The notes below the pieces were generated by a model that saw only the letters and a list, made by a program, of their open reading frames with translations, did no database searches and was not told where the DNA came from. From Candidatus Omnitrophota bacterium (GTDB taxonomy: Bacteria; Omnitrophota; Gorgyraeia; Zapsychrales; Zapsychraceae), in the NCBI GenBank assembly GCA_020429915.1, contig JAGQKV010000004.1, positions 68,833 to 132,832 of the forward strand: 64,000 nt of DNA, given 5' to 3'. The translations under genes were made by a program, and so were the position numbers. Below are positions 1 through 8,200 of the stretch, one piece after another. Positions within the stretch are counted from its first letter, which is position 1. Each line of letters starts with the position of its first letter.

Positions 1-837
1 GCCGCAAATCTGAAACACAAAGTTCAACAGCAATTGGGTGCCGCGTTGCGTGTGCACCACCTCCGGGTGAAATTGAACGCCGAATATTTTCTTCTGGCGG
101 TTGGCAATGGCCGCGCATGATGCGCTGAGCGTGTGAGCGATCTTGACGAATCCGGTCGGCAACTTCTTGATCTCATCGCTGTGACTCATCCAGCAGGTCA
201 GATTGGTGGGAAGATTTGAAAACAGGTCCTTGTTACTGTCCACGAACAGCTCGGCCCGGCCGAATTCCCGCTCCTGGCTGGCCTTGACCTTGCCGCCGTG
301 CATATGCACGATGGCCTGCATCCCGTAGCAAACACCGAGGACGGGAATACCCAACTTAAAAATCTCTTCATTCGGTAACGGGGCGTTTTCGTCGTAAACA
401 CTCAGGGGACCGCCCGACAGGATAATCCCTTTGGGATTGATTTCTTTGACTTCATCGGGCGTGATATTGTAGGCAACGATCCTGCTGTAGACCTTGTTTT
501 CCCGGATCCGGCGGGCGATCAGTTGGGTGTACTGAGAACCGAAGTCCAGGATGATGACGACATCCTTACTCTTGATCTTGCGAACCTTGATGGTGGCGGC
601 AATGCGGCTGCGCACCTTCTTGAGCTTGGGGACCCTCCCCATGCGTTTCTTGGCCTTGCGGGGAGCTTTTTTCACGGCAACGCTCTTTTTTGGGGTTGCT
701 GCCGCTTTACTGGCGGCTTTTTTAACTGCTTTCTTTGCCGTCTTTTTGACCGCTTTTTTCACAGCGGACTTTTTGACTGTTTTCTTCGCCGTACTTTTCT
801 TGACTGTGTTCGCGTTTTTCTGTGCTCTTGGGCCCAT
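1..837 (-). CDS. guaA: GMP synthase (glutamine-hydrolysing), N-terminal part only; gene continues past the window start. Carries a ~90-aa Lys/Ala-rich N-terminal extension.
   Basis: Minus-strand translation gives a class-I glutamine amidotransferase domain (VVIILDFGSQYTQLIARRIRE ... GVCYGMQ ... HPEV). Upstream, in frame, are AKKAVKK-type repeats back to an ATG at 835-837, with an in-frame stop at 859-861. It is missing from the ORF track because the ORF runs off the window edge. Confidence 0.8.
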   Translation of the reverse strand, partial: MGPRAQKNANTVKKSTAKKTVKKSAVKKAVKKTAKKAVKKAASKAAATPKKSVAVKKAPRKAKKRMGRVPKLKKVRSRIAATIKVRKIKSKDVVIILDFGSQYTQLIARRIRENKVYSRIVAYNITPDEVKEINPKGIILSGGPLSVYDENAPLPNEEIFKLGIPVLGVCYGMQAIVHMHGGKVKASQEREFGRAELFVDSNKDLFSNLPTNLTCWMSHSDEIKKLPTGFVKIAHTLSASCAAIANRQKKIFGVQFHPEVVHTQRGTQLLLNFVFQICG

Positions 838-878
838 AAATTGTCCTGGCTTCCTGAATTATGCGCGCTACGTCAACG

Positions 879-2039
879 TCATTTCCCCATACCGACGCCT
901 TGACCGACCTGGAAGACCTTTCCTTCCGTCTGGATCGAGGGCGCGATGATCATTTCCACATCATGCATTTCTTTTATATTCTGGGCTCCCAACGATGCCA
1001 TGGACGTCTTTAAGGCACCGACGAGATTCTGTGAACCGTCATCCACGCGGGCGGGTCCGAACAGGATTTCATCGAGACTGCCGCTGGTTCCCACGCGGAC
1101 ACGGGTCCCGCGCGGCAAATTTGCGTGCGAAGTGGCCATCCCCCAGTGATATCCGCCTCCCGGAGCCTCTTTGGCCCGCGCAAAGGCGGAGCCGACCATG
1201 CAGGCATCGGCACCGGCCGCAAAGGCCTTGCAAATCTCGCCGCCGATGCGCATGCCGCCGTCAGTGATGATAGGGACATATTCGCCGGACCGCTTATAGT
1301 GGTGATCACGCGCGGCGGAACAATCTACGGTAGAGGTAATTTGGGGAACACCGATACCCAGTACGCCGCGGGTGGTGCAGGCGGCTCCGGGGCCGATCCC
1401 GACCAGAAGTCCGGACACGCCGATCCCGATCAGTTCGGTGGCCATCTCGTAAGTCACACAATTACCGATCACCATCGGTATTCTGGACTCACGGAAGAGT
1501 TTTTTAAGATCGACCACCTGGTATTCGGTTGCCACGTGTTTCACGGAGGCGACGGTGGATTGAACGATAAAGATGTCGCAACCGGCTTCCTGGGCGATCT
1601 GGGAATACTTCTCGGCGTTCTGCGGAATACAACTCACAATCGCCGGCACATCGTGAGACTTGATCTCTTCCACGCGCTTGGCGATCAACGATTCCTTAAC
1701 TTTTTGGGTATAAACTTCCTGGACCAGCTTGGTCGCCTCTTCGGGCGAGGCACTGGCTATCTGGCTGAGGACTTCAGACGGATTATCATATCGGGTCTGA
1801 ACCCCGTCCAGGTTCAAAACAGCGATCCCGCCCAATTTGCCCATGGCAACGGCAAAACTTACGTCAACCACTCCATCCATAGCTGCTGCCAGGATAGGAA
1901 CCTCGAAATCCACTCCACCCAATGTCCAAGTGGTGGAGACCTCGTTGGGATTGATAGTTAACATTCCAGGCACAAGGGCGACTTCGTCAAACCCATAGCA
2001 CCTTCTGGCCCGTCTACCTATACCAATCCACTCGGCCAT
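879..2039 (-). CDS. guaB: IMP dehydrogenase family protein lacking the CBS subdomain (386 aa)
   Basis: ORF track. The catalytic Cys loop [11 protein letters not shown] is intact and the fold is an IMPDH/GMPR TIM barrel. There is no CBS insert. It lies directly upstream of guaA with a 41-nt gap. Confidence 0.8.
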   Translation of the reverse strand: MAEWIGIGRRARRCYGFDEVALVPGMLTINPNEVSTTWTLGGVDFEVPILAAAMDGVVDVSFAVAMGKLGGIAVLNLDGVQTRYDNPSEVLSQIASASPEEATKLVQEVYTQKVKESLIAKRVEEIKSHDVPAIVSCIPQNAEKYSQIAQEAGCDIFIVQSTVASVKHVATEYQVVDLKKLFRESRIPMVIGNCVTYEMATELIGIGVSGLLVGIGPGAACTTRGVLGIGVPQITSTVDCSAARDHHYKRSGEYVPIITDGGMRIGGEICKAFAAGADACMVGSAFARAKEAPGGGYHWGMATSHANLPRGTRVRVGTSGSLDEILFGPARVDDGSQNLVGALKTSMASLGAQNIKEMHDVEMIIAPSIQTEGKVFQVGQGVGMGK

Positions 2040-2236
2040 AACGATCCTTTCCTTGAGTGTTTATATGCACGTAAGTTGTTGATTCTGAGTAAGATTTGGT
2101 CTGAAAACCCGAGATATAACGCCTAAAATAGAATTTGGGGTGCAATTAAAGTAATAATATAGTCACTCTGGCGGGAAATGTCAAGAAAGAAAAACGTTAT
2201 TCGCGATCCACTTAGGCATTTTTGCGGGATGCTGAT

Positions 2237-2274
2237 CAGATCAGCTTAGTTTGCAAGCAAACTAAGCTGATCTG
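2237..2274. repeat. 18-bp near-perfect inverted repeat (2-nt loop) carrying several GATC sites; it overlaps the stop codon of the giant ORF
   Basis: gatcagcttagtttgc / gcaaactaagctgatc is a perfect 16-bp inverted repeat, extended by 2 bp on each side. No U-tract follows it on the minus-strand transcript. Confidence 0.5.
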
Positions 2275-5200
2275 TCTGATCCGATAAAGACTTCGCGTTG
2301 CGGTCCAACGGATCCAGGGAATCGTAACTGATGCCATTTGATTCATCTTCAGCATTTTCAATCATCCCTAAAAGCATGGGAAGACTCGACACCGGGGTCA
2401 CATTGATGATCACCGGCACAAAGCCGTTAAGATTAAGCCGCTCGACGGCTCCGTTAAATTTCGGAAAGATCAGACTTCCATCTCCTTTGCGTTGCAGTTC
2501 AAAGAGATTGGGATCAAGGTCGATACCCCCAACCTCTTTGCCGGCCTCAACGATGACCGCTTCATCGGCAATAACACGCTCCACGGCCGCAATCACCTTA
2601 TTGACATCATCAGTTCCGTTTAACTCTCCCGAACGCAACAATGTCAGATAGCCCTGCAACCGCCGGTATATTTGATGGAAAACATCCGGCCCCTTTTCAC
2701 CGACGCCTTTGGTGGCGAGACCCAGCACAAATTGGACCGGATCAATCCGTGGATTACGGCGCAATACTTCTATATAAATATCCTCCAAAATATTCAGCTT
2801 CTGTGAGACAGGGAAGTCTTCACCAATTAATGCGCCGGTCAGACGACCCCACGCGAAAACGACATTTGGATTTTCCGGTTTCGGCTCCAACCCATTGGTC
2901 ATAGCTGCAGCCATAGACAACTTGACGAGCTGGGTATGGTCATCCTTCAACTGAACAAACTGCGGTTGCGCAAGAATACCGTTGATAATTTGGGTTTCGG
3001 TGGACAAAAACTCATCGGCCTGAGTATAACGTGCATTCAGGAAACCCGTCAGGGACTCCGCAAAAAAGACCAACTCATCCTCAAGGATCTCGAATCCGCT
3101 ATCGGTCTTAATCGCGATAACCCGGTTCAACCATGTCACCAATCGGCTACCGTAAAGTCGCGGGACCACCTTGCCAGGCTCAAAGATCAACATTCCTGGC
3201 CGCAACGCATTCATCCGACTTACGATGCCATCAGCAAAATCATCGAAATTGGCGCCCGCCTTCTGAGCCTCCTCTTTGAATGCTTCTCCCAATTCCCGGG
3301 CAAAGGCCAACTTTTTGGCCGGATTCTGGTTACCCTGAACCAGCCTGACGGCTGTCTCGGTCACTTCGCGAATTCCATCGGGCATAACCTTACCGTCCAG
3401 GCCAAAGCGCAGTTCTATACGTGTAGCGACAAGATCAATCAAATCATCCTCAACTTTTCGGACACGGAAGCCCAACATCTTCTTGTCAGCGATCGGCATA
3501 CCCATCCAGCTGATAGTCCCGTTATTGAACTCCACTTCGTCGGTATCGGACGCGAATGCCTTGATACCGTACTGAGACACAAAGAAGGCATTTACGGCCT
3601 CGACAAGAGCGGCCTTGGCCTGCTCCTTGTCTTTGCCCCACCGCTGGAGCCCCGCCTCAAATGCCTCGGCGAGCCTTGCCCTCACCATATCACGATCGCC
3701 TCCGTTAACGAGGCTTACAGCCTGACGGGCCCGGTCTTTGATACGGACAGCCATGAAACTGTCGACTTCCGCGGACATGGCCGCATCGGCCATAAAGTGC
3801 GCGGCCAATTCGGTCCCCGGCCGGAACTTGACGACCGGATAGGTGGCGCCACGGTCCAAACGGTACATGGCGGCTACCTGATCACGCGAGTAACGCCCTT
3901 CGCTTTCATGGGGACCCAAAATCCACAACCCCAGGGCATGTCCCGCCGCGAGGATAAAGAGCACATCGTCTTCGTCCAAATCGTATTCCGGCAGGCCAAC
4001 CAACACGCGATACGGAATCCCGATAGAATGGCGCCAAACACGGCCGCTGCGCAGGGCCGCCTCGAAGAGAATTTCCCCCACATTCTGAATCAGTTCGCGA
4101 TTGGCCTCCAGCGCGACGCGGTCGAACGAATACTTGACATCCAACGGCTCGAAGATTTCGACAATGGTATCCCCATCTTCCTCACCGACCGTTTCCAGCA
4201 GCGTGTAAATGACCTTGGTCGGCGACGGGACCGATTGACCCTCCGCCAGGACCGCAGCATCTTCATCAAATCCGATTTTACGCAGAGCGATACCCGCTTC
4301 GGCAACCGCGCGGGTAATCATCGCTACCGGCCTTTTCAGACTGGGAAGAACTTTGTCCGCTTTGTAGAAACGCATAACACTCGGATTCTTGTAAAGATCG
4401 GCCGACAGATACCCCTGGGCCAATCGACGCTCATTCAAGGTCACAAAGTCGAGACCGTGACTGATGTATTGCCCAAGGGCCAAATAATTGCCCGGCCAGG
4501 CTGTGTTGATCCCGAACGATGTTCCTTGCGGAACGCCGGCCTCTAACGCAATGGCGATGGCCTGCTCCACACTTTCCGGAATTTTTGCACTGTTAAATTG
4601 CACGGATATGTTATAGCCTTCGGATATCAATCCGGCCACGACTTCCATTTCCAACTTCAGCAAATTTCGCCACTGATCGTCCTTTACCAAGGCATCCACT
4701 CCGGCAAAACCGAGCGCCGGATTCACTTCGGCCTCATCCAGAAACTTTTCGTGTCCGCGCAGACGGACCAAGTCATGAGTATCGAGATCCAGCGTTTCGT
4801 ACACGAGTGACTTGGACTTATCCGTCCCGAAGGCCTCAAGAATGGCCTTCTTCAGAGCAGCCCTGAGTTCGCTACGCGATTGAGTCGTGGTGGTGACATA
4901 GGTTAACGGGTGTACTCCCCGAGCCTTGTAGAACTTCGAGGCACTGAAGGTGCTTTCGAACCCGATCGTAGGCGTACTGACCGCCTCTTCGGAAATAGCC
5001 AGGCTGCTGACCAATTCCGGGACATTGACACGGGTCTCCTTCTCACCGCGATACACGATTTGGCGGTTGAAGTCAATCGTTACCCGTTGTCCCTGCTCAA
5101 GCGTTTCGTCTATGGCGCGCACATTTCGGATAAGCGTCTGGATAACCGGAATGCCGAGTTGCCGCAATGCGTTGACCAAATCGGCCCGACCGACAAATCC

Positions 5201-8200
5201 CTCCACCTCGGGGACGATCACCGCACCCAGACGGCTGAACTTCTCTCGCAAAGATTCATCCACGATCGTATAGTCGGTCGGCTTTCCCTCTTCTTCCTTG
5301 ATCTCAATTTCGACATCGATCCCGTTCATCAAAGCCACATAGTCTCCCACATAAGTGGCGTCGAGATCCGCCGCGCTCTTGATCACATACAGGGGCCGAG
5401 TAGCGGCACCTCGATCAAGCGAGGACCGGAATCCTTGAACCAGGGCCTCCTGTTCGAGATCTTCGCCCTCGTCCGCGACGACCACGCCATGCTTGAGTGT
5501 GGCACTGGCCGAGCGAATGACGGCGGCCACCGTTCCCAGGTAGTCGGTCCCGGCGTATCCTCCGGTCTGCCCGAGGATCATCAGGATTGCCTCCGCCGCT
5601 TCGGGATTGATATTGACCAGATTGACCAATGCCTGGCCGCACAGACCGCACTTCGTTGATGCGTCCACGGCCGCGGCAGCCACGTGACGGATCGAATCGG
5701 TGACAAACGGATGGGCCTCGTTAAAGAGGTACGCCATCATCGGATTGTCGCGATCCGCACCCAATGTCAGCTGGGTGAGGTCATTTGTTCCGAACGACAA
5801 GAAACTTTTGCGCTTGAAGGCCACATCCTCGCCGAAACGCCCCTGGAACCAGGACAGTTGTTCGGCCTCATGTTTTTTCAGGACGGCAATAAATTCATCC
5901 GCCTGGATGACGTTGCTGGGCAATTCTGTCATCTGGCCGACTTCACGCAGGAAGACCGGCTTACCCAAGGATTCGCTCATCTGGCGTTCTTCTTCATTCA
6001 GAATTTCCGTGAGCCGGTTTAACTCATTCGGCGTGGAAACAAACGGGAAAAAGAATCCGATATTCCGGTATCCCTTAGCCACCTGACGCAACAGCATCTT
6101 GATTTCTTCACGAAGGATAATTTCATTCTCCGGTTGCAGCAACCAGCGCGCACCGCGTTCACCGATCATCGTGGAGACTTCGGGCTCCGGATCAAATACG
6201 CGCGAACCGATCAATTCGGCTGCTTCGTTCTTCTTGAAATCGATACTGCGGTAAAGAACTGCATTCACGTCCTGATTATTGGCAGCGGCCATTGTTGAAA
6301 TCGCACCGCCGTGCACAGCTTCGAAAAAGTCATTGTAGGACATATAACCGATCATCTGGCGGGTCGCCGCCGCGATGTCATCGGTGTGGCTGCGAATCAG
6401 ATCGACGTCCCGCCTTTCGAACCGGCCCAGACTCTTCAAGAATGCCTCGGAGCCTACCTCAGAAAAATTCTCGATCTTGGACTCCGTATCATCGGCCGCC
6501 ACGACCACGCCCTGCTCACGAAGTTTATTACGCGCACCGAAATGTTTCTCGAACCGGACGAGCGCCGTGCGCTCCTCATCGCTGAGTTCGTCTCGGTACG
6601 CCGGATTCTCCTGGGCACGCAAATAATCCAGAACAAGCAGGTTGTCATAGGCCCGTCCGAACCGCGGATTAACGTTTTCCTCCGCATAGGCGAACTCGCC
6701 GCGCATCAGGGCAACCCCCGAGAAACCGTTATATCTGGCAATCTTGGACATTTGCAGCATCGGATGCGGCATCCCCATGATGTAACCGATTTTCGTATAG
6801 ATCTCCGGCAGACGGTCCAGCTGGATTTCGATATTGCGTTCGCTGATCGGCAATTCACCGGCGTAAACCATTCCGTACCCAGTCTTTTCGTTGGCGTTAG
6901 CGTCTACCGTAACCACGTTTCCGGATGTATTGATGTAATCGATAATTCTACGGGCTTCTTCGGGGCCCAGCTCCCCTTCCAGCTTATTGACGAAGGTTTG
7001 GATCCCGACGACCGTTGCGATACCCAACTCGCGCGACATGACGGCCGCATGCGAAGTCGCCCCGCCGACGTCGGCAATAACCCCATAGACGTTCTTCGTC
7101 TGCAGGACCGCATTGTAATCCGGAGTCGTCTCGCGGGTCCGGATGATGATCTTTTTACCGCTGCCAGCCAAGGCCTTGATTTCCTCGAATTGGTCGGTGA
7201 GTTCTTTGGTTTCATCCACTCTGTAGATAACGCCCGTAAAGCTGTTACGGGTCGGAATTCCTTGGGCGACCAATTGACCTTTGCGCAACTCGGTGGCTTC
7301 CCCCTGATCATTGACGACCACTTCCTCTACACCCTTGGCTTCCTTCAGGTCTTTTTCTTTGACATAAGTGTAGCTGATGCGGATCAAATCCGGCTCCTTA
7401 ACGTCCGCCAAGACATTCGAAGAGCGGCGTTGAACCGTGATCGGCGTATTGGGACGCCCCAAATTGAGACCGATCCCGCCTTCCATATCAACCAGATGAC
7501 CGTATCCTTCGGCCTTCTTCATGTATTCCCGGGCTACGTCGATAACTTGACTGTCGGTCACCGAATAAATCTCACGCATAAACTCAGGGACGTCCGTGAA
7601 CATCGTTTTGATTTCCGGATCCTCGCTCTTTTCCTTAACAAGGTGAACCAACAGTTTGAGTTGGTCCTTGTCCAAATCGAAAAGATCGAGATCAGCATCG
7701 GTAATCTCAGCGGCGGTGGCATCTACTTTCAATTTGACAAGCCTTTGGATCGTCTCTTGAATGTCCTCAATAGACGCCCCGGCCTTGGCCTTAAATAAGG
7801 GGCCGGAAACCTCTTCCCCTTCCGCCAACCGCAGGTACGGCGCCAGATCCGATTCGGTCATCCCCAAGGCCCGGAAGGCCTCCACGGCATATATGGCCTG
7901 TACGGTCTTTGTACCCAACTGTTTACTGAGAATGTTGACCTGGGCTTCTTCCCCGTTTTCTCCGGGAACGATATGCACCAGGAAGGTATCCGGTGTTGTT
8001 ACCCCCTGGACTATGGACTCGCCCAGTCGCCACGTGAAGGTCATCGTCGCCACACGGCCCTTGTTCAAATATTCCGCCTCGGGCACATTTTGGAACGTAA
8101 AGCCGGTCCAATTGCTGCCGATGTCGTGACCCATAATAACAAAGGAAGTCACAACGTCCGCCATCGGCATGATCGTAACCCCCATCGCGATATTTTCCAC

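Noticed and set aside
198-401. 67-aa minus-strand ORF
   Set aside because: It is an out-of-frame shadow within guaA. The true guaA frame has no stop in the window and so is absent from the ORF track.
523-949. Two plus-strand ORFs encoding Phe/Leu/Ala-rich proteins
   Set aside because: Antisense translation of the Lys/Ala-repeat region of guaA (AAG/GCC repeats read as CTT/GGC).
1125-1961. 278-aa plus-strand ORF
   Set aside because: Antisense to the IMPDH gene, Gly/Arg-rich, no motifs.
2936-4546. 536-aa plus-strand ORF (and similar at 4910-5659, 6311-7798, 7973-8590, 9734-10327)
   Set aside because: They lie antisense inside the giant minus-strand gene. Their composition is Arg/Gly/Pro-rich with no motifs, typical of shadow ORFs in high-GC DNA.
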